The translations under genes were made by a program, and so were the position numbers. A model generated the notes under the pieces. It had not been told where the DNA came from. It did no database searches and saw nothing but the letters and a program-made list of their open reading frames with translations. A stretch of 64,000 bases of DNA from Patescibacteria group bacterium (GTDB lineage: Bacteria > Patescibacteriota > Microgenomatia > 0-14-0-10-38-17), in NCBI GenBank assembly GCA_050947035.1, contig JBMNVW010000001.1, positions 48,967-112,966 of the forward strand, written 5' to 3'. This document shows positions 30,697 through 40,117 of this stretch, one piece after another (positions within the stretch are counted from its first letter, which is position 1; the number at the start of each line of letters is the position of its first letter).

Positions 30697-32361
30697 ATGA
30701 CTAACAAAAAAAAACTTCTTTTTTTCTTAATCATTATTTTGTTAGCCGGTTTTTTTCGGTTTTTGGGTTTAAGTTGGGACCAAGGCCAAATGCTTCATCC
30801 CGACGAAAGGTTCTTAATGATGGTAACCAACAACCTTGATTGGCCCCAAAACTGGTCTAGTTTTTTTAATACCGATCTTTCTCCCCTTAATCCCCATAAT
30901 CGAGGTTACGATTTTTTTGTTTATGGCACTTTGCCGATTTTTTTGCTTAAAAAATTGGCCAATATTTTTGGCATAAGCGGCTATCAAGACCTTCTTCTGT
31001 TAGGTCGATCTTTGTCGGCCACTTTTGATCTTGCTTCTGTGGTTTTGGTCATCCTTATCGGCCAAAAACTTTTCCCCAAAAAATCGATCGGTCTTTGGGC
31101 CGGTCTTTTCTACGCTATTAGCGTTTTACCTATGCAACTGGCTCATTTTTACACCACGGATGTCTTTTTAAACTTTTTTTTACTAGTCGCTTTTTATTGG
31201 CTGGTGCTTTTTAGCCAAAAGGGAAAGGTCGGCCCTTTAATCTTGTCGGCAGTTTTTTGGGGAATGGCAGCCGCCTGCAAAATTACCGCCCTATTTTTTG
31301 GCCCCGTCTTAGCCGCCGTAGTTTTTTTCCAAAATAAAAAAAGATTTTTATCTAAACTGATAATTGCTCTTTTGGCTTTTTTTATTACCTGGCGCCTTTT
31401 CCAGCCCTATGCTTTTACCGGCCTTTTTACCCCTAATCAAAAATTCTTGGCTAATCTTGCCTCACTTAAAAATTTTAGCCGACCCGATTCTCTCTATCCT
31501 CCCTCTGTCCAGTGGCTAAACACCCGGCCGATTCTTTATTCTTTAAAAAACTTGACCCTTTGGGGCCTAGGGATACCGCTATTCGTTATTATAATTACCA
31601 GCCTATTCTTTTTCCCTCTTTATCTTAAGAAGAAAAAAATATTTTCCCAAGAGATAATCTATTATTGTCTTTATTTTTGGCCCCTGGCTCTTTTCTTTTA
31701 CCAAGCTTGCCAGTTTGTTAAACCAATGCGCTATCTTCTGCCTATTTATCCCTTTTGGTCAATTATTGGCGCCTGGGGGATAAGAAAAATTATAAATAAT
31801 AATGGCCAAGTTGGTTCTAAAATAGTTTGGGTTTTGGCTGGGTTAGCCTTTATTTGGCCCTTAAGTTTTATCAGTATTTATCTTCGCCCCCATTCCCGCC
31901 TCCAAGCCTCAAGCTGGATTTATGATCACATTAGCCCCGGCTCAACTTTATCTTGTGAGCACTGGGATGACTGTTTGCCCTTATCGGTCGAGAGCAAAAG
32001 CTGGCAGAGTCAGCCTTACCAAATCGAAACTCTTTCTCTTTATGATCCAGAAAGCCCGGAAAAATGGCAGAAAATAAATCACCAGCTGGAAAAAATCGAC
32101 TATTTAATCTTGTCTTCTAATCGTCTTTGGGGCAGTATTCCCAAAAACCCCAAGCGATATCCCAAAACAACCAAATTCTATCAAGATTTGTTTCGAGATA
32201 AACTGCAATTTAAAAAAGTGGCCGAGTTTACCTCTTTGCCCTGTTTTCCTCCCGGCCTGGACTGGTTTTGTTTTAATGACCAGGGGGCGGATGAATCTTT
32301 TACTGTTTACGACCACCCTCAAGTTATTATTTATCAAAAAGCCAATCATAGCAGTCAATAG
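30697..32361 (+). CDS. GT-C (PMT_2-like) membrane glycosyltransferase, paralogue of the upstream gene
   Basis: GLSWD..LHPDE, YGTLP, KPMRY, ADESFTVYDHP. Confidence 0.8.
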   Translation: MTNKKKLLFFLIIILLAGFFRFLGLSWDQGQMLHPDERFLMMVTNNLDWPQNWSSFFNTDLSPLNPHNRGYDFFVYGTLPIFLLKKLANIFGISGYQDLLLLGRSLSATFDLASVVLVILIGQKLFPKKSIGLWAGLFYAISVLPMQLAHFYTTDVFLNFFLLVAFYWLVLFSQKGKVGPLILSAVFWGMAAACKITALFFGPVLAAVVFFQNKKRFLSKLIIALLAFFITWRLFQPYAFTGLFTPNQKFLANLASLKNFSRPDSLYPPSVQWLNTRPILYSLKNLTLWGLGIPLFVIIITSLFFFPLYLKKKKIFSQEIIYYCLYFWPLALFFYQACQFVKPMRYLLPIYPFWSIIGAWGIRKIINNNGQVGSKIVWVLAGLAFIWPLSFISIYLRPHSRLQASSWIYDHISPGSTLSCEHWDDCLPLSVESKSWQSQPYQIETLSLYDPESPEKWQKINHQLEKIDYLILSSNRLWGSIPKNPKRYPKTTKFYQDLFRDKLQFKKVAEFTSLPCFPPGLDWFCFNDQGADESFTVYDHPQVIIYQKANHSSQ

Positions 32362-33451
32362 TTTTTTGATAAGAAAAAATCTCTTCAGCCTTGCTTTTAT
32401 CAACGGCTGTTTTAGGACCACTTAAAAGGCTAACAATTTTTTTAGCTAAATCGGAAGAATCGCCCACCAAGAAAGTCTTGCCAAAACCGGTTTTTTCAAC
32501 CGGCTCTCTTACTCCAGGTAAATTAGCCGCCACTACCGGCCTACCAAAAAGCATCGCCTCAACTTGAACAATACCAAAAGATTCCAGAGTATCATCGCTT
32601 GGCAAAACCAAAAGGTCAATGACTTGATAAAAAGCGGCCAATTGTTTTTGGTCAAGAGGGCCTAAAAAAAGAATATTTTCGGAATATTTTTTAATTTCTG
32701 GGGCAATTTCTTGGGCAAAATCTTCGCCAATAATTTTCTTTGGACCGGCTAAAATAATCTTAAAAGAGGCCAGCTCTTTTTTTAAAATGGGAATCGCCTT
32801 TAGCAAGATCGGCAAACCCTTTTGGCGGGCAATTCTACCCGAAAAACCGATCCGATATTTTACTCCCGACAACTTTTGAGACAATTCTTTTTTATAAGCC
32901 TTGTCAGGCTGGGCAACGACTACCGGCGGATAGGTAAAAACCAACTTTTGCCTAAAGCGCGATAAAAACCGAGAATGATTAGCATAGTCTTTGGTATAAA
33001 CCACGATTTTATCAGCCAGACTGGCCGTTATAATCTGCGACAGGTTAACCACCCCTTCCGACAGACGATTAAAAAATCCCGGCCAGCCGGAAAGATCAGT
33101 ATGATGAGTCAAAATTAGCCTTTTTTTTAAAATTTTGGCCCAAAAGGCTAAAAAAATTGCCTCAAATTGAGGCAAGTGGCAATTGACTACATCGGCTTCT
33201 TTTACTAGTCGATAAGAAGAAAAGGGAAAAAGGGGCATTATTACTCCCTTGCCCAAACAAAAAGCTACCCAGTCCCGAATAATTGTTAAACCGGCTTTTT
33301 TTTCTCTCTTAGGCAAATCTGGTTGGTGCCGAGAAGTTAAAATCGTAACTTGATGGCCTCGGGCTAACAAGCCTTGGGCTAACCTTTTAGCATAAATTGT
33401 TACCCCGGAAATATTGGGCTCAAAGTAGGTTAAAGAGATTAAAATTTTCAT
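32327..33451 (-). CDS. GT4 glycosyltransferase
   Basis: GRIARQKG, ESFGIVQVEAM (Ex7E). Confidence 0.9.
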   Translation of the reverse strand: MKILISLTYFEPNISGVTIYAKRLAQGLLARGHQVTILTSRHQPDLPKREKKAGLTIIRDWVAFCLGKGVIMPLFPFSSYRLVKEADVVNCHLPQFEAIFLAFWAKILKKRLILTHHTDLSGWPGFFNRLSEGVVNLSQIITASLADKIVVYTKDYANHSRFLSRFRQKLVFTYPPVVVAQPDKAYKKELSQKLSGVKYRIGFSGRIARQKGLPILLKAIPILKKELASFKIILAGPKKIIGEDFAQEIAPEIKKYSENILFLGPLDQKQLAAFYQVIDLLVLPSDDTLESFGIVQVEAMLFGRPVVAANLPGVREPVEKTGFGKTFLVGDSSDLAKKIVSLLSGPKTAVDKSKAEEIFSYQKTIDCYDWLFDK

Positions 33452-33941
33452 CGTCAACCCAATAAAACTTCGTTTGGGGAAGGTTCTCTTTCAAGAAAGA
33501 AACAATCTGCTCATCATCCTCCAAATAAATATCTAAATTAAGCTTTTTAATAATCTTTTCTTTAAAAAGATGAGGAGGCAAATTTTCTTCATTAAGGAAA
33601 ATACCACCAATGCCATTGTTTATTCCCCATCTATTAAGCCATTTTTGGGTTTCTTTTTTCAAAAAACCATAACGGCCGGAAATTAAATAAACTTCAACAT
33701 CTGGGTCCTGAGCCAGCTTTTTTAAAAAGGTCAAATTTTCTTTTATCGGCGGCCGAAAAAAATAATGATGAGATAATTTTCTTAAGTGTTGCTGAAATTT
33801 GCTAGTGGGAAAACGATAAACCAACCCCTCTTTTCCACCGCGAAAAAGCCTCTCTAAAAACTTCTTTGGTACTAAGGGAGGGCGGCCAATAATCACCCCA
33901 TCCAAATCAAAACCAATTTTTATTTTTTTTCTTTGGGCCAT
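33420..33941 (-). CDS. HAD-superfamily phosphatase
   Basis: FDLDGV (motif I), LISGR (II), K (III), YLEDD (IV). Confidence 0.78.
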   Translation of the reverse strand: MAQRKKIKIGFDLDGVIIGRPPLVPKKFLERLFRGGKEGLVYRFPTSKFQQHLRKLSHHYFFRPPIKENLTFLKKLAQDPDVEVYLISGRYGFLKKETQKWLNRWGINNGIGGIFLNEENLPPHLFKEKIIKKLNLDIYLEDDEQIVSFLKENLPQTKFYWVDDENFNLFNLL

Positions 33942-34020
33942 TATTCAAAAATCTTTCTTAGATTATAACAAGTTTTGGACTTTGTTTTTTTCTTAAAATT
34001 CATACCCTAAAAATAGATAC

Positions 34021-34118
34021 CCACGGGCAAAGCCCGTGGTTCTTGTGTTTCGCCCTGAGCACTCGTCTTCGGCGAGTGAACTATTGATATCGGCTTTATC
34101 CATGGGTATAACCCATGG
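34021..34118. repeat. paired-hairpin element, family B (IS200/IS605-end or PATE-like)
   Basis: CCACGGGC-AAA-GCCCGTGG and CCATGGGT-ATA-ACCCATGG around a CACTCG...CGAGTG hairpin. Confidence 0.65.
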
Positions 34119-34199
34119 TTTTCACCTTTCTTAAAATAAAAGAGCCAACCCAACCCTTAGAGTAGCTTAGGTTTCCCATCTCTGCCTGTTTGCTTGTTT

Positions 34200-34256
34200 T
34201 TCTAAAGGTCCGAAGCTGTTTAACCCTAAGGGTCGGATAGCTTCGGACCTTTAGAA
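34200..34256. repeat. REP-like palindrome, family A (full copy)
   Basis: Identical to 14859-14913 over 55 nt. Confidence 0.93.
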
Positions 34257-34300
34257 GGAGCCGGATAAATAGGCTAAATACTAAATACTAAATACTATTT

Positions 34301-37300
34301 TTACGGGGCCAGTTCCTGCCAAATTTGGGGACTGTAACGAAAAACTTTTGGAGCAGTAAAAAAGTATTTCGGGTCAAAACGGAAAAATTCCGCTGATAAA
34401 GTTTCATTATTCGAGCCCAAATCCCGGCCTAAAGAGAAACCATTACGAGCAAAGAAAATCCCCCGGCCAATAAAGCGACTAGAAGAAACGCTAGTGGTTA
34501 TCTGATCACCGGCAACAAAAACACCCAAGGCCGAAGCGGTACCAATGTAAACACCGGAGGTGTCACCAGTGTTACCGGTGAAGTTAATACTGCCTGAAGC
34601 AATTAAGGCAAAAAAGTCAGCCGGAGCCAATTGTTCACCATCTTCCAAACTAACCTCAACATCGCCATCAAAGAGAACAATTACTTTTCGCCCCGAAAAA
34701 TCAGCCGAATCAGTAAATAATAAGGTTCCGTCACCACCCGGCTCCTGATAAACAAAAACCTCCTTACTGGGATTACCATTAATGGCATTAACAACTGCAT
34801 CCCCCTCACCGCCTTCAACCCAAACAATCTCTTCGTTGGCCTGGTTTAGATCCAAAAGAGAAGCAAAATAATTATAAGTGTAACGATCGGCCAAACGGGA
34901 AAGATCAGCCTCAACCAACCAATCATCATTATCAGGATTAGATTTTGTCGCCGCTAGGGCGTCACCAAATTCCTTAGCGGTTCCTTGCGGGGAAGCAATA
35001 ATAGCAGAAGAACCAAAATCACCAGAATCAAGGGAAAAATATCTGGCCCAATCGGAAACACTGCTAGAAACCAAAGAAGAAACACCATTATGGCCATATA
35101 CATTGCCCGATTGGCCCTGGAACCAGCCAACCGGAGACAGAGTTTCAAAGCACCAAACTTCGGAATCGGCCGTTAGAGCGCCATTGTCGGCCCGCACCCC
35201 CCAACAATAGCGGGTATCATAACTAACGTCCAAGCCAACGCTGCTCGTGTTCTCATCAACCGTCTGGTAACTACCCAAGGCAGAAAACTCCGGTGTGCCG
35301 GAAGGAACTTCGTTAACAAAAACCTCGAAGCTGTTATTATTGCCGGCGGAATTTACCCCCCACGCTCCATCATGGGTCCAGACTAAGGAAACATCATCAA
35401 TCCGAATTTGGGCTCCATCAGGAGGCTGGGAAAGAGAGGGGGCAGTTGGCGGTGAAATCGGTTCTGGACACTCGCAAATACTAAAATTTTCAAAAGCCGA
35501 TTGCTGAAGATACCCGCCACAGCCGTGCTTAGTTCCCTTGCTCGTTAGGGTGGCCGTTATGGTACCATCCTGAGGAACAATCCTCATTGTTTTTTCCTGC
35601 CAGTCACATTCTTTATCCACTATCATATAGTCTACCGTGCTTAAACTGCCTGATTCCAACTTCATAAAGGGTCTGGTTTGAGATTCACAATCAAAACCGG
35701 GAGCGTGGGCATTAACACCATAACCATAAACAGACACTAAATACTCCCGATCAGAATCCAAATTCTGGATATCTAAAGATACACTATAGTCATCGTTATC
35801 ATCGTTTGATGTACCCAAAAAATTACTAGCATTATATCCTTCAATACCAGCGCAACCATCTGGACAACTATCACTTCCCCTCAAATAACAAGTCCAACTA
35901 GAACCAGTACTTTTCGGATCCCCATATTCTGTTCTCCAAACCCGCAGAAAACCACCCCAATCAAAGTTTGATACCCACTCATTATCAGTCCAAATACCAT
36001 AATCAATATAATCACCGCTGGTAAGATCTAATGGAACACATTCCCCTCCATAGCTACAAGTCTGCGAAGCGGTAAAATAAATTTCAGATTCCCCCCACAA
36101 AGTAGTATCGTCAGAGGCATCGGCTGATTCATCCTTGCAAACGGGGTCGCTATGACCACCATAGTAAACCCCGGCCGTATACGGCCCGGCCGGATACTGC
36201 CTCACCGGCAACTCATAGGCCCGATCATCAGGAGCCGCCTGAACATTATTAGTATTCCAAATACAGGTTCGGCATCTTCCCTCATCTCCTCCCCAACTAC
36301 AGCCATTGTCCACCGATTCATCTTTGAACCCTCCAGCCTCACAAACAACATAATCAGGTGGCAAAACTATTCCTCCCGGATTGTTTACCTTCACCTCAAT
36401 ACTGGCATAATAGCAATCATCATTGGGAGTATCAGTATTGGCCGGCTCTTGATAAACTTGAATTGTTACCGGCTCTCCCACCTCGTGTTCTGTGCCAACA
36501 ATATTGACTTTTATCCGGGCAGCTTCTTCCTGAGAAGAAGGACAGCTACAGCAAATATCCCCCTCAATAGCACAGGCCCCATAGGGAGTATCGGCCACAG
36601 TGCAACCACTAGCCGCACACTGGTCAGGATTAGTGCACCACTGAGCCCCCACAGCACAACTTCCTGTTGTCGGAGTGGGATCACCGGGGGCTGAAGTTGG
36701 AGCGGTAGTCGGAACTCCACCACAAGGACCCACTGTCCAGGTGCCATAAGCATCAACTGAACCTAAACAACCATCGCAGCTGGTCCCCCAGACTCTGGCC
36801 CCACTACTACAACCACCACCATTGGTACAGCTAGTCCGATTTCCTGTTAGTTGGGCTCCCGACTGAACGACGCCGCTAACTTGACAGCAAGTCTTATACC
36901 AACCGCCATTAGCACAGCCCGTAACACAAGAGGTACTGCACCAACCAGCCAAAATTTTACCAGTATCATTTGACCCTGAAGGGTCACCATCGCAGGCATA
37001 AGCGACATTGGAACTACCTTCACAGCGATCAGCCGCCGAGCAATCCCGATATTGCCACTCCCAAGAACACTCAAAGCCAAGATCGTCAACACGAGTAACC
37101 TTACATTGAGCATCATAGGCATAGTCCCAGGTGTCCCAACCCTCAGGACAATCGGCGTTTGGCAAACAGCAAATATCCTCCGGCTTATTCCCGGGGCAGT
37201 TAGGAGTACTACAAGAAGACCCAACATAACAATCTGATGGTGGAGAACAATAAACATAATCCTCTATTTCACAAATACCATTACCGCAATACGGCGATTG

Positions 37301-37375
37301 GGCCCAAGCAGAAAAAGCCCCAAAAAACAACCCGCCCAAAAAAATTGATAAAAACAATAAGAATTTTCTAGTCAT
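34301..37375 (-). CDS. large secreted Cys-rich surface protein with FN3-like and beta-rich C-terminal domains
   Basis: Signal peptide ending AWA-Q, CGNGICE, dense Cys in the N-terminal half, YCWGVRA, ends WQELAP. Confidence 0.75.
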   Translation of the reverse strand: MTRKFLLFLSIFLGGLFFGAFSAWAQSPYCGNGICEIEDYVYCSPPSDCYVGSSCSTPNCPGNKPEDICCLPNADCPEGWDTWDYAYDAQCKVTRVDDLGFECSWEWQYRDCSAADRCEGSSNVAYACDGDPSGSNDTGKILAGWCSTSCVTGCANGGWYKTCCQVSGVVQSGAQLTGNRTSCTNGGGCSSGARVWGTSCDGCLGSVDAYGTWTVGPCGGVPTTAPTSAPGDPTPTTGSCAVGAQWCTNPDQCAASGCTVADTPYGACAIEGDICCSCPSSQEEAARIKVNIVGTEHEVGEPVTIQVYQEPANTDTPNDDCYYASIEVKVNNPGGIVLPPDYVVCEAGGFKDESVDNGCSWGGDEGRCRTCIWNTNNVQAAPDDRAYELPVRQYPAGPYTAGVYYGGHSDPVCKDESADASDDTTLWGESEIYFTASQTCSYGGECVPLDLTSGDYIDYGIWTDNEWVSNFDWGGFLRVWRTEYGDPKSTGSSWTCYLRGSDSCPDGCAGIEGYNASNFLGTSNDDNDDYSVSLDIQNLDSDREYLVSVYGYGVNAHAPGFDCESQTRPFMKLESGSLSTVDYMIVDKECDWQEKTMRIVPQDGTITATLTSKGTKHGCGGYLQQSAFENFSICECPEPISPPTAPSLSQPPDGAQIRIDDVSLVWTHDGAWGVNSAGNNNSFEVFVNEVPSGTPEFSALGSYQTVDENTSSVGLDVSYDTRYCWGVRADNGALTADSEVWCFETLSPVGWFQGQSGNVYGHNGVSSLVSSSVSDWARYFSLDSGDFGSSAIIASPQGTAKEFGDALAATKSNPDNDDWLVEADLSRLADRYTYNYFASLLDLNQANEEIVWVEGGEGDAVVNAINGNPSKEVFVYQEPGGDGTLLFTDSADFSGRKVIVLFDGDVEVSLEDGEQLAPADFFALIASGSINFTGNTGDTSGVYIGTASALGVFVAGDQITTSVSSSRFIGRGIFFARNGFSLGRDLGSNNETLSAEFFRFDPKYFFTAPKVFRYSPQIWQELAP

Positions 37376-37928
37376 TTTTAATAAAGTTCTGCGGCTCCAG
37401 TTTTAGCCTATCCTGATCATCGTAAACTGAGACCAAAAGATTAACTTTAAAATTAGCAATATTACCGACTCGGGCGGTTGAAATTTCTTCTGTTTGAATA
37501 ACATTATCAAAGCCTAGATAATCATCCCCCGTTAATATGTAATGGACTCTAAGATCGTTGCTGGGACTAGAAATTATCAGACCCGGATAACGACCGGTGC
37601 CGCCGCCGCTTTCTTTTAAAACAACTCCACTACCCTTTATGTGGCCAGGTAATACTGCCAAAATCGGCGTTCCCTCTGGCACCCGATAACCAACGCCAAC
37701 ATATTCCCCCTCAAGCTCAATTATTTTACCCTTAGAACAGTATTCTCTTGGAACTGGACAAGAAAAACTTTTTTGACCTTCTTCTTCTTTTAAAAAGTCA
37801 ACCCTATTATTACCGAAAAGCAGAAAATAAAAAGTCAAAAAAATACCGAAAGAAAGAAAGAGAAAAAAAACCAAAAACAAAAGCTTCTTCATAAATTTCA
37901 GTTTAGGAAAAAGGGGGGACAATGTCAA
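37368..37928 (-). CDS. membrane-anchored protein with degenerate M23-like fold
   Basis: GVGYRVPEGTPILAVLPG resembles the M23 GxD...GTPVxA segment but lacks the metal ligands. Confidence 0.5.
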   Translation of the reverse strand: MTLSPLFPKLKFMKKLLFLVFFLFLSFGIFLTFYFLLFGNNRVDFLKEEEGQKSFSCPVPREYCSKGKIIELEGEYVGVGYRVPEGTPILAVLPGHIKGSGVVLKESGGGTGRYPGLIISSPSNDLRVHYILTGDDYLGFDNVIQTEEISTARVGNIANFKVNLLVSVYDDQDRLKLEPQNFIKND

Positions 37929-37933
37929 GAATT

Positions 37934-39907
37934 TTACTCATTATCCAAACTAAAAACGGGGGCATCATCAATCATCAAAATTCGATTTACGGAAAAATCA
38001 ATTGGACCCCTTAGACTACCGCCGGTAATAATAATTTGATTATCACTAGATACAGACGGATGAGATAAATAAGAATTATCAATATTAGCAAAAATAAGTT
38101 CATCAAAATTAACTTTCCGGCCAAAATTATCCATCGTTACCTTTTCCGCCGAAACGAAAGTAAACCCCAAGGAATAATTAATTCCCTTCTGAGAATCAGC
38201 CAAGAGATTTTCCGGAATCCATAAACCAACAGAATCGCGTGTTTGATGAAAAAATCTTTTAGCAAGAACCGCCTCAATAAACGGAGACCTAAACTCCACC
38301 CTATTAGGCAAATTAGCAATCCCGATAGAATTAACAGTTATTTTAATATGCCTTATCGTTATTCCTTCTCCTTTCGGATCAAAGGGGAAAGTCATTCGCC
38401 ACTCACCTCTCTCGATCGCCTCTGGCGTATTGGCCTGCTCTAACAATCTTCTCCTTACTTCACCAGCCAAAACCAAACCTTGTCCGGAGGAAACACTAGT
38501 CTCATCATCAAATTCAAATAAATACCCGGCATATTCGCCCTCTTTCATATTGTAAGGATTACCAGATTCAGCTCGATAAATTATTTTATCTCCCTCCTCA
38601 AAGGCCGATAAGCCCTCGATAATTGGTGCCCGGTTTAACAAATCCTCCGCGCTAGAACCTCCCATCTCCTCCCACCCCCACGCCTCTTTCTCCTGATCAT
38701 AACTGGCCTTAAAGGTAATTTCTTTGCCTTCCTCGTTTTGGCCGGTAAAGATGAATTGATTATCCTCTCTTTCCAACTGGTATCTATCTTGGACTCCTTG
38801 AGGATAGGGCAAGATAGGATTTTTAATCTGCTCCCCATCAAGCTGGTCAACAAAGGTTAAACCAGCCGCTCGGTAAAGATCAGAAGACAAATCCTGACCA
38901 ACAAGCTTATTTAACTGCCAAATTGTTTTTTGATCAGTATCCGGATCAACAAAAGAAACGGCTCTTTGGACAGGATCATAATCATAACCATTGCCCTCCA
39001 AGAGGTTGGCTAATGTTAGGGCTTGTTTGTTGTCCGGATCAGCCGGGAAGTGAGTAGGAAGAAGGGCCAAATAGTGGCGGGGAGCGCCGCTATCTTCATC
39101 GGCCCGATTATAATCGGTGAAAGCTGTTAAAGCATAAACCAGCTCTGAGCCTTCTTTTCCCTGGTCAATAACCAGCTTGCCTTCTCTATCTTGCTCGAGA
39201 TAGCCCAAAACAGTCATTTGAGTGTCTCTTAAAAGCTCTAACCCTTGAGGAAAAGTCCACTCTGAATAATCTTCTCCAGAAGGATCTTTTGAGGGTAAAT
39301 TTTCAAGCTCCAATCTTAATAGAGTCAGGGGTTTTTCCTGGCCTTCTTTGTCTTCAACCAAACCGGGAAAGGCAATTGTTTCTCCTTCCTTGCCCGGGCA
39401 AAAGAAACCAAGTCGACCCTGATAAGCCCCCAAAGAAACTAGATATTTTAATGAGGTAATAGAATCTTCTGATAAAGAGGCAAAATCAATTTCCTCACCC
39501 CAAGATCGTCTAACATAGTCTTGGCCAAACTGGGCAAAGGAGACCTCTTTCCCTCCATTGTCAATTGTTTCTCCCCCGCCGATACCGGTAAAAGCATTTT
39601 GTAAATATTCCCGGTCAATATCAACCCCCTCCAGTAATTTGGCCTCCGGGGTGGGGGTCACTTCCGGAGTAGGAATGCCGGTGGGTTCTTCGGTAGCTGT
39701 GGGTAATGAGGTAGGCGAGACTTCTTTAGTAGGGGTTTTGCTGGGTTGATCGGTGGGGCTTTTTTCCGGTTGAGAAGAAGGGGTTTCTGGCTGACAACCA
39801 GAACCAACCAAAGCGCTAGCTCCCAAGGCTAAGGCGCCTTTCAAAAACTGCCTTCGAGTAAAGCCTTTCTTTTCTTTAGTCGGCTGGTTCTCTTTCCTGT
39901 TAGCCAT
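37934..39907 (-). CDS. putative lipoprotein with twin-arginine-like signal and Pro/Thr linker
   Basis: FTRRQFLK, hydrophobic segment, GSGC, PT-rich linker. Confidence 0.7.
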   Translation of the reverse strand: MANRKENQPTKEKKGFTRRQFLKGALALGASALVGSGCQPETPSSQPEKSPTDQPSKTPTKEVSPTSLPTATEEPTGIPTPEVTPTPEAKLLEGVDIDREYLQNAFTGIGGGETIDNGGKEVSFAQFGQDYVRRSWGEEIDFASLSEDSITSLKYLVSLGAYQGRLGFFCPGKEGETIAFPGLVEDKEGQEKPLTLLRLELENLPSKDPSGEDYSEWTFPQGLELLRDTQMTVLGYLEQDREGKLVIDQGKEGSELVYALTAFTDYNRADEDSGAPRHYLALLPTHFPADPDNKQALTLANLLEGNGYDYDPVQRAVSFVDPDTDQKTIWQLNKLVGQDLSSDLYRAAGLTFVDQLDGEQIKNPILPYPQGVQDRYQLEREDNQFIFTGQNEEGKEITFKASYDQEKEAWGWEEMGGSSAEDLLNRAPIIEGLSAFEEGDKIIYRAESGNPYNMKEGEYAGYLFEFDDETSVSSGQGLVLAGEVRRRLLEQANTPEAIERGEWRMTFPFDPKGEGITIRHIKITVNSIGIANLPNRVEFRSPFIEAVLAKRFFHQTRDSVGLWIPENLLADSQKGINYSLGFTFVSAEKVTMDNFGRKVNFDELIFANIDNSYLSHPSVSSDNQIIITGGSLRGPIDFSVNRILMIDDAPVFSLDNE

Positions 39908-40077
39908 AAAATTTTGATTAAAATATCAAAAAGCCTATAACAAGAACAACTACTTTGCTATAATAAACTTTAATCCCGGCTTTGTCAAGTCTTGCCCCCT
40001 CAACAACCAAGACCCTATAGTAAATGTGGGGTCAATCAAAAATTTCTTGGAAAAGAATATCACGCCCCCCCCAAACC

Positions 40078-40117
40078 TCCAACCCGACCCTTAGGGTTAA
40101 ACAGCTTTGGACCTTTA
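40078..40117. repeat. REP-like palindrome, family A (partial; supplies the stop codon of the adjacent gene)
   Basis: TCCAACCCGACCCTTAGGGTTAAACAGCTTTGGACCTTTA. Confidence 0.85.
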
